64,000 bases of DNA from a bacterium (GTDB lineage Bacteria > Cyanobacteriota > Vampirovibrionia > Gastranaerophilales > JBAXKC01). A program made the position numbers and the translations under genes. The notes under the pieces were generated by a model. That model saw only the letters and a list, made by a program, of their open reading frames with translations. It did no database searches and was not told where the DNA came from. The number at the start of each line of letters is the position of its first letter. Within the stretch, counting starts at the first letter, position 1. The stretch lies in assembly GCA_037137535.1 (NCBI GenBank), contig JBAXKC010000005.1:38346-102345 (forward strand), written 5' to 3'. Shown here in pieces: positions 55,004 through 64,000 of this stretch.

Positions 55004-55705
55004 ATGCAATTTATTGATAAAACATTAGAAGACGTAATGCAAATTTTAAAAAGAGATTATTGTTTATCCACTCAGCATAATAATCGTTTTTATAATAAAA
55101 TTTCACCTGAATTAAAATTATTATTATTTAGTATTATGCTTTTAATCGTAAACTTCATTGGAAATATTCAATTTGATTTTCTTATTTCATTTTTTTTGAT
55201 AATGCAGATTTATTTTATTGATTCAAAATTTAGAAGAGTTTCATTTCTGTTAATAATTTTTAATCTTATATTTTTAAGTTTGATTTTTCTTCCCGTATTA
55301 TTAACCTTCAACTTTGACAAAAACTTAGCAATAGGCTTTAGTTTAAAGCATTTTCATCTTTTTATAACTAACGTATTAAGAACAGAAACTTCTCTTATCC
55401 TTTTAATTTTATTATGGCTTACTACAAGTTGGGATAAAATTATTAAGTCATTAAAGATATTTAAAGTTCCCGACTTTATAATAGAAATTTTACTTTTAAA
55501 TTATAGATATATTTTCTATTTCTTGAATTTATTAAATAATATAAACTATTCTCTAAAAAGCAGGTTGATTAAACGTGTTAATATAAGATTAATGTATAAA
55601 TTTATTTCGTTTAAAATATTGTTAATACTATATAAGTCGGTTTCAATGGCTAAACAGGTAAACATGGTGATGATTTCAAGGAGTTATAATGTCCGAAAGT
55701 TCTAA
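55004..55705 (+). CDS. cbiQ: ECF transporter transmembrane (T) component CbiQ
   Basis: Hydrophobic multi-TM protein at the cbiQ position. ATG 55004 lies 2 nt after the upstream stop (the ORF is open from 54944). The 3' end overlaps cbiO by 17 nt. Confidence 0.7.
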   Translation: MQFIDKTLEDVMQILKRDYCLSTQHNNRFYNKISPELKLLLFSIMLLIVNFIGNIQFDFLISFFLIMQIYFIDSKFRRVSFLLIIFNLIFLSLIFLPVLLTFNFDKNLAIGFSLKHFHLFITNVLRTETSLILLILLWLTTSWDKIIKSLKIFKVPDFIIEILLLNYRYIFYFLNLLNNINYSLKSRLIKRVNIRLMYKFISFKILLILYKSVSMAKQVNMVMISRSYNVRKF

Positions 55706-56438
55706 AGTTTTATATAAGTTTGAAAATGTTTCTTTTAATTATTTTAAAGAAAAGCCTATTTTTAATAATTTGAATTTTGAGATAAATGTATCTGATAAAG
55801 TTTCTATTCTCGGGCCAAATGGAGCCGGAAAAAGCACTTTATTGAATTTGTTAAATGGATTAGTCTTTCCAACCTCGGGTAAAGTTATTTGCGGTGGAAT
55901 GGAATTAAACAAGGTAAACCTTGCAAAATGGAATAATAACCACCAATTTAGAAGAAAATGTGCCTATGTGTTTCAAAATCCCGAAGTTCAGCTTTTATGT
56001 CCGACTGTAAGAGAAGAATTAGCTTTTGGACTTGATCAGCTTGGCATTGATAAAGCTAATATAGTAAATTTTGTAGATTTAACTGCAAAAAAATTCAATA
56101 TAGAAAAGCTTTTAGATTCACATCCTTATAATTTAAGTATTGGGCAGAAAAAACTTGTTGGTTTAGCTTCTGTTTTAATTTTAAATACAGGTATTATTTT
56201 GTTTGATGAGCCAACAACTTCTTTAGATTTGAAAACTAAAAAATTGATTGTTGATGTCCTCGAAAAGTTAAAAAATTCTGATAAAACCATTATTATAAGT
56301 ACTCATGATTTAGATATTGCAGAGCAAACTTCAAATAAAACCATTCTTTTAAATAAAAATAATGAAATTTGCGCAATTGATGAAACTCATAAAATTATTA
56401 ATAATAGAGAATTATTAGAACAAGCCGAATTGATTTAA
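55689..56438 (+). CDS. cbiO: ECF transporter ATP-binding protein CbiO
   Basis: Walker A GPNGAGKST, Q-loop, signature LSIGQKKL, Walker B ILFDEPTTSLD, H-loop STHD. Confidence 0.88.
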   Translation: MSESSKVLYKFENVSFNYFKEKPIFNNLNFEINVSDKVSILGPNGAGKSTLLNLLNGLVFPTSGKVICGGMELNKVNLAKWNNNHQFRRKCAYVFQNPEVQLLCPTVREELAFGLDQLGIDKANIVNFVDLTAKKFNIEKLLDSHPYNLSIGQKKLVGLASVLILNTGIILFDEPTTSLDLKTKKLIVDVLEKLKNSDKTIIISTHDLDIAEQTSNKTILLNKNNEICAIDETHKIINNRELLEQAELI

Positions 56439-56554
56439 TTTAAATTTAATATATTCTTTATTTGTAATCACTCCAAATTAGAATAACTGTGTGCAATAAT
56501 TAAATAGAGTTTAAAATAATATAAATAAACTTTAGCAGACAAGGATTTCATAAT

Positions 56555-59431
56555 ATGTATGAAAATTATAAAAAAGAATATATTACGGTAAGAAAGGCAA
56601 ATCAGCATAATTTAAAGGATGTAAGCCTATCAATACCAAAAAATCAATTAGTTGTATTTACAGGAGTAAGCGGTTCGGGAAAGAGTTCTTTAGCGTTCGA
56701 TACTATTTTTGCTGAGGGACAACGCCGATATATAGAAAGTTTAAGCTCCTATGCAAGACAATTCTTAGGGAGAATGGATAAACCTGAAGTCGAAAGTATT
56801 GAAGGTTTAAGTCCTGCTATATCTATTGACCAAAAAACTACAAGTAATAATCCACGTTCTACAGTTGGAACTGTAACAGAAATATATGACCATTTGCGTT
56901 TGTTATTTGCAAGAGTGGGAACACCTCATTGTCCTCAATGTGGCGATATAATTAGTCCTCAGACTGTTGATCAGATTGTTGACAGTATTTTAAATCTTGA
57001 AGAAGGTACTAAAATTCAAATTCTTTCGCCTGTTATTAGAGGCAGAAAGGGAGAATATCACTCTTTATTGAATGAAATCAAACAAGAAGGTTTCGTAAGG
57101 GTAAGAATTGACGGAAAAGTTTATAATCTTGACGATGATGAAGTCAAATTAGCTAAAACAAAAAAACACGATATTGAAATTATCATAGATAGAATTATAG
57201 TAAAAGAAAGTGCTCGCTCAAGAATTGCCGATAGCGTTCAACTTGCACTTAAAAAAGCTGAAGGTCTTTTGCTGGTTGATATTATAGGTGAAAGAGAACA
57301 AATATATTCTGAAAAACTGGCATGCCATAAATGCCAATTAAGTTTTGATGAGCTTTCCCCTCGAATGTTCAGTTTTAACAGTCCTTACGGAGCTTGTGAT
57401 AATTGTAGCGGATTAGGGGCTCATTTAGAAATTTCACCTGACTTAATTGTTCCAGACCCTACTAAATCCATAGCTAAGGGTGCTATTTATCCTTGGGCAA
57501 AAACAGGAAATTCTTATTATACTGATTTATTGAAATCCGTTGCTGATCATTTTGAAATTGATTTGAATACTCCCTTTGAAGAATTATCGCAAGAAAAACG
57601 AGAAATTATTTTATTCGGAAGCGGTAAAGAGAAAGTTATGCTTACTCATGAGGATTTTAATAAAACTCGTAAAAAATCTTATTATGCAAAATTTGAGGGT
57701 GTAATTCCTTACTTGAAAAGACGATATGATGATTCAAATTCAGATTTAATCAGAGATGAAATTGCAAAATACATGACGGCTATTCCTTGTCCTGTCTGCA
57801 AAAGCCAAAGACTTAAAGAGTTTCCGCTGGCAGTAAAAATAAAAGGACAATCAATTGCAGATGTTTCATTAATGCCGATAGATGCTTGTCATGATTATAT
57901 TTCATCGCTATATTTGAGTTTTAATGAATATCAGCTTGCTATTGTTCATCAATTATTAAATGAAATTCGAGAAAGATTAAAGTTTTTATTAGATGTAGGT
58001 TTGAATTATCTTACACTGGACAGAACAGCCGGTACATTGTCGGGTGGTGAATCTCAGAGAATAAGACTTGCTACTCAAATTGGTTCAGGGCTTGCAGGTG
58101 TGTTGTATGTTCTTGATGAGCCTAGTATCGGGCTTCATCAGGTAAATAATGAGCAACTGTTAAACACTCTTTTCAGATTGAGAAACCTTGGCAATACCTT
58201 AATTGTTGTTGAGCATGACGAAGATATTATCAGAAAAGCTGATTGGGTTGTTGATATTGGTCCTAAAGCGGGTGTTCATGGTGGTGAAATTGTTTCAGAA
58301 GGAACACCTGAAGATATTGAGAATGATATTAATTCAATAACAGGTCAGTATTTAAGAGGAGCAAAAAATATTGCTATTCCTAAAATTAGACGAGAAGGAA
58401 ACGGCAATTCAATAGATATTATTAATGCTCATAAAAATAATTTAAAAAATATAAATGTAGAAATCCCGTTGGGTAAATTTATATCAGTTACAGGTGTTAG
58501 CGGTTCAGGCAAGTCTTCGTTAATCTTTGATTTGTTATATGAATTTGTTAAACATAAATTAAACAGAAATACCCCTAAACCTCAAGGTGTTAGAGATATT
58601 ACAGGGCTTGAAAATATTGATAAAGTTATAGATATTGACCAAAGCCCTATCGGTAGAACACCAAGAAGTAACCCTGCCACGTATACAGGGACTTTTGACC
58701 ATATAAGAGAACTTTTTTCCGTAACAAATGAAGCTAAAACAAGAGGTTATAAACCCGGTAGATTCAGCTTCAATGTTAAAGGTGGAAGATGCGAGGCTTG
58801 CAAGGGGGACGGTATCATTAAAATTGAGATGAATTTTTTACCCGATGTCTATGTCCCATGCGAAGTGTGTAAAGGTGCAAGATATAGCAGAGAAACTCTC
58901 GAAGTGAAATATAAAGGGAAATCAATTAGCGAAGTTCTTGATATGACTGTTGAAGAAGCATTAGAATTCTTCAAGAACATTCCTAGAGTTGCGAATAAAC
59001 TACAAACTCTTTTCGATGTCGGTTTAGATTATATAAAATTAGGGCAAAGTGCAACGACTTTATCTGGGGGCGAAGCGCAAAGAGTTAAGCTGGCGGCTGA
59101 ATTGAATAGACGAAGTACAGGTAAAACATTATATTTACTTGATGAACCTTCGGTCGGTTTACATTGGGCGGATTTGCAAAAACTAACAGAAATTCTTAAT
59201 AGACTTGCCGATGCAGGCAATACAATTTTAGTTATTGAGCATAATTTAGACATAATAAAAATTTCGGATTGGGTTATAGATCTAGGCCCTGATGGTGGAA
59301 ATGCAGGTGGAACTATTTTGGCTCAAGGAACGCCTGAAGAAGTTGCTTTATGTAAAGAATCTTATACGGGTAAATATTTGAAACAAATTCTTGAAAAAGA
59401 AAAGAATAAACCTAATATGCAGGTAAATTGA
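56555..59431 (+). CDS. uvrA: Excinuclease ABC subunit A
   Basis: Two ABC modules ([14 protein letters not shown] / [13 protein letters not shown]; LSGGESQR / LSGGEAQR). Zn modules CPQCG, CHKC...C.NC and CEAC.G.G...C..C.G.R. 958 aa. Confidence 0.97.
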   Translation: MYENYKKEYITVRKANQHNLKDVSLSIPKNQLVVFTGVSGSGKSSLAFDTIFAEGQRRYIESLSSYARQFLGRMDKPEVESIEGLSPAISIDQKTTSNNPRSTVGTVTEIYDHLRLLFARVGTPHCPQCGDIISPQTVDQIVDSILNLEEGTKIQILSPVIRGRKGEYHSLLNEIKQEGFVRVRIDGKVYNLDDDEVKLAKTKKHDIEIIIDRIIVKESARSRIADSVQLALKKAEGLLLVDIIGEREQIYSEKLACHKCQLSFDELSPRMFSFNSPYGACDNCSGLGAHLEISPDLIVPDPTKSIAKGAIYPWAKTGNSYYTDLLKSVADHFEIDLNTPFEELSQEKREIILFGSGKEKVMLTHEDFNKTRKKSYYAKFEGVIPYLKRRYDDSNSDLIRDEIAKYMTAIPCPVCKSQRLKEFPLAVKIKGQSIADVSLMPIDACHDYISSLYLSFNEYQLAIVHQLLNEIRERLKFLLDVGLNYLTLDRTAGTLSGGESQRIRLATQIGSGLAGVLYVLDEPSIGLHQVNNEQLLNTLFRLRNLGNTLIVVEHDEDIIRKADWVVDIGPKAGVHGGEIVSEGTPEDIENDINSITGQYLRGAKNIAIPKIRREGNGNSIDIINAHKNNLKNINVEIPLGKFISVTGVSGSGKSSLIFDLLYEFVKHKLNRNTPKPQGVRDITGLENIDKVIDIDQSPIGRTPRSNPATYTGTFDHIRELFSVTNEAKTRGYKPGRFSFNVKGGRCEACKGDGIIKIEMNFLPDVYVPCEVCKGARYSRETLEVKYKGKSISEVLDMTVEEALEFFKNIPRVANKLQTLFDVGLDYIKLGQSATTLSGGEAQRVKLAAELNRRSTGKTLYLLDEPSVGLHWADLQKLTEILNRLADAGNTILVIEHNLDIIKISDWVIDLGPDGGNAGGTILAQGTPEEVALCKESYTGKYLKQILEKEKNKPNMQVN

Positions 59432-59433
59432 GT

Positions 59434-59793
59434 ATGAAAATTCTAAAAATAATTATGGGACTTGGTGTTTTATTTTTATTAAATCTTTTAAGCATAAATT
59501 TAGTTCATATCTTAAATATCCATTTTCCTGCTCCTTTGGTTGGAATGTTATTATTTACAGCTCTTTTAAAACTAGAAATAATACCTATAAGTTTAATTGA
59601 GGGTGGATGTAAATTAATGCTCGAAAATATGGGATTATTTTTTGTCCCTTTACTTGTTGGTGTTGTTCTTTATTTGAATTTGATAGCTAAAAATGCCCTG
59701 CCTATTGTTTTAACTATTGTAATAAGTTCAGCTTTAATAATATGTGCTGTTGGTTATTCTTCAGAGTATTTAATCAATAAGAGAGCAAAATAA
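59434..59793 (+). CDS. lrgA: CidA/LrgA-family holin-like membrane protein
   Basis: About 120 aa with four TM helices and the P.PLVGMLLF motif. It immediately precedes lrgB. The ORF is open from TTG 59428, overlapping the uvrA stop. Confidence 0.8.
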   Translation: MKILKIIMGLGVLFLLNLLSINLVHILNIHFPAPLVGMLLFTALLKLEIIPISLIEGGCKLMLENMGLFFVPLLVGVVLYLNLIAKNALPIVLTIVISSALIICAVGYSSEYLINKRAK

Positions 59794-60494
59794 TGATTTT
59801 TATTGGTAAAATTATAAATTCGCCAATATTATGGTTTGTAGTTACTATAATAATTTATAAAATCGCAGAACAGTTTAAAAAACATCTATTCTTTTCAAAA
59901 ATTCCTCCAACTTGTCTTGCTGCAATTAGTTTGATATTTTTATTAAAAATATGTTCAATTAAATATCAATGCTATAACAGTGGAGGTTCTTTAATAACCT
60001 ATTTATTAGGTCCTGCAACTATTGCTCTTGCCTTACCCTTGGTTAAAAGCTTCGATATTTTAAAGCAAAATTTTAAAGTAATTCTTGCGGGAGTGAGTAT
60101 TGCAACGTTTACAGGAATATTTTCCGTATATTTAATTGCTGAAATACTTAAAGCGACAAAACCAATTGTTTTATCGCTTATTCCTAAAGCTGTTACAACT
60201 CCAATTGCAGTTGAAATATCTAAATCTATTGGAGGCATTCCTGAATTAACTGCGGCTATAGTTGTTATAACAGGCTTAACAGGTTATTTATTTGGGCATA
60301 AACTTTTAAAAATATTAAAAATTAAAAATAATATTTCAATAGGACTTGCTATTGGTTCATCAAGTCATGTTATCGGCACATCTCGCTGTATGGAAATTAG
60401 TCCCGTTCAAGCGGCGATTAGCAGTATTTCTTTAATTTTAGTCGGATTTCTTACGGCAATTTTAGCTCCATTGATAGTGCGATTACTTTATTAA
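59793..60494 (+). CDS. lrgB: LrgB/CidB-family membrane protein
   Basis: Blocks LGPATIALALPL, PKAVTTPIA.EIS..IGG and GSSSH.IGT are typical of LrgB. The ATG overlaps the lrgA stop (TAATG). Confidence 0.85.
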   Translation: MIFIGKIINSPILWFVVTIIIYKIAEQFKKHLFFSKIPPTCLAAISLIFLLKICSIKYQCYNSGGSLITYLLGPATIALALPLVKSFDILKQNFKVILAGVSIATFTGIFSVYLIAEILKATKPIVLSLIPKAVTTPIAVEISKSIGGIPELTAAIVVITGLTGYLFGHKLLKILKIKNNISIGLAIGSSSHVIGTSRCMEISPVQAAISSISLILVGFLTAILAPLIVRLLY

Positions 60495-60583
60495 TAATAA
60501 AGTATAATATTCTGATATATTTTTTTAAATTAAGATGATAATATAAAAATGTTTCGTAAATTTATTGGATGAAATAATTATCA

Positions 60584-61735
60584 ATGATATATTTAATTTT
60601 TCCTGTCGGAAGTTTTCATGGTTGGGGTGTTTGTGGGAAATACTTAACCAGAGAGTTATCTTCTATAACTGATACTAAGCTTATTACGCATTCTGTCAAT
60701 GAAGCTGAAATTTCAGATCCTTTAGATTACGAATTTTTAAAAAGTAAATTTGTAGGCTTTGAAGAAACTAAGCGATTTATTACCGGTTCTAAAATTATAG
60801 ATATGCCTGTACTTCAAGCAATTGCAGGTCCTATGAATCCTTGGCTGATAGAAACTAAAACTTCATTTAAAGTCGGTTATACTTTTTTTGAAGATAATCT
60901 TCTATCAGAGAGTTATGTAGCAAATGCTTCAAAAAACTTTGATTACGTTGTAGCTGGCTCAAAATGGTGTGAAGAAATACTTGAAAGTTATGGCTGTACT
61001 AATGCTAAAACAGTTATTCAAGGTGTTGATACACAAATTTTTAACCCTTTTGATAATGAAAAAAAATATTTTAAAGATAAATTTATTATTTTTTCAGGTG
61101 GTAAATTTGAACTTAGAAAAAGTCAGGATTTAGTAATTAGAGCTTTTAAAATTTTGCAAGATAAATACGATGATGTAATGCTTTTGACTAACTGGTACAA
61201 TAAATGGCCACATAGCTTTAATACTATGGCAGTTACTCCTCATATTAAATTTAGCGGATTAGCTGAAAATAATTATAATCACACAATTAATAAAATATTA
61301 ACTGATAATGGAATTGATTTAAGACGTGTAATAAGTGTACCTCCTGTTCCAAATACTTCATTGGCAAGAATCTATAAAAATACTGATATAGGTCTTTTCC
61401 CAAATCGTTGCGAAGGTGGAACAAACCTTGTGCTTATGGAATATATGGCATGCGGAAAACCTACTATAGCTTCATATAATTCTGGTCATAAAGATATTCT
61501 TACTTCTGAAAATTCAATAAAAATTGAAGAGATGAAGCAAATTAAAATTAATAAAGAGCGAAGAGATGTTGCTGTTTGGGATGAACCTAATTTAGATGAA
61601 ATTATCAGTCATTTAGAATGGGCATACAACAATAGAGAAAGCCTTAAACTAATCGGTAACAAGGCAGGTGAAGACTTATGTCAAACCACATGGGCTAAAA
61701 GTGCCGAAAATTTTTATAAACTGTTTAATCTTTAA
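60584..61735 (+). CDS. Glycosyltransferase, GT-B fold (GT4/GT1-like)
   Basis: C-terminal E-x7-E-type block FPNRCEGGTNLVLMEYMACGKPTIAS. Overall size is typical of GT4 enzymes. Confidence 0.75.
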   Translation: MIYLIFPVGSFHGWGVCGKYLTRELSSITDTKLITHSVNEAEISDPLDYEFLKSKFVGFEETKRFITGSKIIDMPVLQAIAGPMNPWLIETKTSFKVGYTFFEDNLLSESYVANASKNFDYVVAGSKWCEEILESYGCTNAKTVIQGVDTQIFNPFDNEKKYFKDKFIIFSGGKFELRKSQDLVIRAFKILQDKYDDVMLLTNWYNKWPHSFNTMAVTPHIKFSGLAENNYNHTINKILTDNGIDLRRVISVPPVPNTSLARIYKNTDIGLFPNRCEGGTNLVLMEYMACGKPTIASYNSGHKDILTSENSIKIEEMKQIKINKERRDVAVWDEPNLDEIISHLEWAYNNRESLKLIGNKAGEDLCQTTWAKSAENFYKLFNL

Positions 61736-64000
61736 GCAGCGTGCCATGAGTTTGATACTATAGCCATTAATTCGCTGTTATTTCTTACATCGTCAGCACT
61801 TGTTATAGTTACATTATGACTTGCTGTATAACTTGCCATTTGTTGAATAATGTTGTCAATATCCTGATTATCAATGTAATTGCCGTTGCTTAATTGGATT
61901 TTTTCTATTGTGTTGCCATTTTGTTCATCTTGAACTGTTACTCTGTTACCGTTTTTATAGTCAATGATTAGATCGTTATTATCGGCATAGATTGCTATGT
62001 CTGATTTATTTATATTAGTTCCAAAAACTATCTTGTCTTGAGTTCCTGAAGTATCGCTGATAAAGTCTATACCGTCATTTTGGTTAATTAAATATGTATC
62101 ATCACCGGCACCACCATAAAGTGAATCATTACCGCTACCACCAATTAAAGTGTCATTGCCATCAAGCCCTTCAAGCATATTAGAGCCTGCTGCACCAGTA
62201 AGAATGTTATCAAGCTCATTACCTGTTCCATTGATTGTATTTAATTGCTGCTTAATCGCATTGTCTGTTATTACAGCATAGCCACTTGTAGTTCCATTCC
62301 AGCCGTATTGGTCAAAATAGTAGAAAGCTGATTTCATTTGATCATATGATACATATCTTTCTGCATCTGATTGAAGTCTTCTTCCACTATCACAAATGTA
62401 AAAGCCCTCTATTTTGTTAGCATTACTTGCATCGTATGCAACACCTGTTAAAGTAACAGCATGGTTAATTGTGCTTGAAGAACCGTATTGAGCTCCCCAA
62501 ATTTTATAAGCATTTATTTCTACAATTACACCTTTATTTTCTTTCAGATAACCTGCAATATTTTCTAGACTAGTAATTTCATAATGTGCTTGAACTCCAA
62601 AACTTTCCAGTATTTTTTCTTGATTTTCAGGAGTTGTTCCACCGTTATTGTAGGAATTTGAAGTTTTTGTGCAAAGATTTTTTGATATTGCCATTCCTAC
62701 TACTTGTGTTTCTAATGCATCGGTTCGTCCTGAAAGATAGGTATAGCCTGTTTTTTTGGATAATGCACCCGCCTGAATTAATATATTTTCACAAGAAACT
62801 ATACCGCAATCACCAAGATAATTGTAACTATTATCTCCTTGAGCGTAATCAAGATAATTTTTCCATAAACTTGATTCACCGTAGGTTATAACTTGTTTAC
62901 CAGTTGATAGAACAGAAACGTTATTTCCTGAGGTGCCTGTTAAAGTTAAATTTTCAATGTTATTTCCTAAAGTGTAGGAAAAAGACGAAGAAACGGTATC
63001 ATTTCCTTCATTTTCATTTTCTATAATTATGTCTTTTACACTGTCTATGTAATAGGTGTCATCGCCGGCACCGCCAATCATTGTGTCATTGCCTGCACCA
63101 CCATTGATAATATTATTTCCAGAGTTTCCGTTAATAATATTATTTCCTGCATTTCCAGTCGCATTAATATTATTAGAGCCTATTAAAATGATATTTTCTA
63201 AATTTGCTCCTAATGTATAACTAATTGAAGATGCAACGGTATCTATTCCTTGATTTGCATATTCTGTTATAACATCTGAAAGACTGTCTATATAATAAGT
63301 ATCATTGCCTGTTCCACCGTATAACTTGTCAATTCCTGCGCCACCGTCTAAGGTATCATTCCCTGCACCGCCATAAATAACGTCATTTCCGTCTCCACCG
63401 TTAATAGAATTATTGCCGTCATTGCCGTTTATAGTATTGCTTGATTCATTTCCTGAAGCATTAATATTTGATTTTCCTGTTAAATTCAGAGTTTCGAGAT
63501 TACTGCTTAATGTATAGGAAGCAGTAGAATTGACAATATCATTTCCTTGATTTGCAGATTCAATAATTACATCAAGCGAATTATCAACGTAATAAGTGTC
63601 ATTTCCATTGCCACCAATCATTGTATCAGCACCAATGCCACCGTTTATTATATTTGCTGCATCATTGCCAGTGATTATATTATCAAGTATGTTTCCAACT
63701 CCATTAAGTGTTTTAGTTCCAGTTAGAGTAAGATTTTCTACATTTACTCCTAAAGTATAACTAATGGACGAATAAATAAGATCAGTGCCTTCATCTTTAT
63801 TTTCTACTATTACATCGCCAATATTATCGACATAATAGGTGTCATTACCGTCCCCGCCTTTCATTATGTCAGCGCCGGTTTTGCCGTCGATAATATTGTT
63901 TCCCGTATTTCCTATAATTAAATTATTTAAACTATTACCAGTTGCGTCTAAGTTCTCACTTCCGGATAAGGTTAGATTTTCTACATAATTGTTTAATGTG
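61732..64000 (-). CDS. RTX (hemolysin-type Ca-binding repeat) secreted protein with embedded papain-like Cys peptidase-like domain; 5' end lies beyond the window
   Basis: Many GGxGxDxUx nonapeptides (GGIGADTMIGGNGNDTYY, GGDGNDVIYGGAGNDTLDGGAGIDKLYGGTGNDTYY). My translation of 63865-64000 stays open and continues the repeat (..NLIIGNTGNNIIDGKTGADIMKGGDGND), so the gene is truncated by the window edge. The C-terminal ..DLIIDYKNGNRVTV..NTIEKIQLSNGNYI.. block is typical of T1SS substrates. Confidence 0.85.
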   Translation of the reverse strand, partial: TLNNYVENLTLSGSENLDATGNSLNNLIIGNTGNNIIDGKTGADIMKGGDGNDTYYVDNIGDVIVENKDEGTDLIYSSISYTLGVNVENLTLTGTKTLNGVGNILDNIITGNDAANIINGGIGADTMIGGNGNDTYYVDNSLDVIIESANQGNDIVNSTASYTLSSNLETLNLTGKSNINASGNESSNTINGNDGNNSINGGDGNDVIYGGAGNDTLDGGAGIDKLYGGTGNDTYYIDSLSDVITEYANQGIDTVASSISYTLGANLENIILIGSNNINATGNAGNNIINGNSGNNIINGGAGNDTMIGGAGDDTYYIDSVKDIIIENENEGNDTVSSSFSYTLGNNIENLTLTGTSGNNVSVLSTGKQVITYGESSLWKNYLDYAQGDNSYNYLGDCGIVSCENILIQAGALSKKTGYTYLSGRTDALETQVVGMAISKNLCTKTSNSYNNGGTTPENQEKILESFGVQAHYEITSLENIAGYLKENKGVIVEINAYKIWGAQYGSSSTINHAVTLTGVAYDASNANKIEGFYICDSGRRLQSDAERYVSYDQMKSAFYYFDQYGWNGTTSGYAVITDNAIKQQLNTINGTGNELDNILTGAAGSNMLEGLDGNDTLIGGSGNDSLYGGAGDDTYLINQNDGIDFISDTSGTQDKIVFGTNINKSDIAIYADNNDLIIDYKNGNRVTVQDEQNGNTIEKIQLSNGNYIDNQDIDNIIQQMASYTASHNVTITSADDVRNNSELMAIVSNSWHAA
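62905..64000 (-). repeat. Diverged tandem coding repeat (about 80-90 aa module, at least 4 copies) within the RTX gene
   Basis: Recurring module: GG.G.DT(M/Y).. DTYY(V/I)D...D.I.E....G.D.V.SS.SYTL..N.E.L.L.G......G N...N.I.GN.G.N.I.GG. Confidence 0.65.

Noticed and set aside
1-64000. Scan for CRISPR arrays, tRNA/rRNA genes, IS elements, integrases or prophage blocks
   Set aside because: No regularly spaced direct repeats were found. No tRNA-like GC-rich cloverleaf segments appear in any intergenic region. No transposase, integrase or phage structural motifs appear in any ORF. The only tandem repetition is the coding repeat inside the RTX gene.

Overview
Strongly AT-rich bacterial chromosomal window. 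It holds about 55 protein-coding genes in tight, often translationally coupled blocks. By eye I found no rRNA, tRNA, CRISPR array, IS element or prophage.

Most genes are housekeeping:
- ruvX, rsmG, dapB-asd-dapA, ribF, ndk, tgt, cobO, mnmA, polA, uvrA
- cbiMNQO-type ECF metal transporter
- lrgAB

Envelope and secretion content points to a diderm cell:
- an SLH-domain protein
- a TolC/HlyD/ABC type I secretion system
- a partial RTX-repeat protein at the right edge

The lineage guess (Melainabacteria-, cyanobacteria- or Negativicutes-like) is inference only.

Loci worth a second look:
1. 5753-11773: an unclassifiable three-gene operon. It encodes two paralogous polytopic membrane proteins plus a GH13 alpha-glucan enzyme, all with Q/P-rich N-termini.
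2. 12127-14049: a soluble chemoreceptor whose sensor is a [FeFe]-hydrogenase-like H-domain.
3. 2085-4873: a standalone ClpX-type zinc-finger protein, translationally coupled to a 576-aa unknown protein, ruvX and DUF1292.
4. 15963-18650: a STAND-like ATPase-TPR protein.
5. 46766-48239: a micro-ORF that duplicates the N-terminal module of the next gene.
6. 61732-64000: an RTX protein carrying an embedded papain-like Cys/His/Asp domain.

All functional calls rest on motif recognition by eye. No database search was run.
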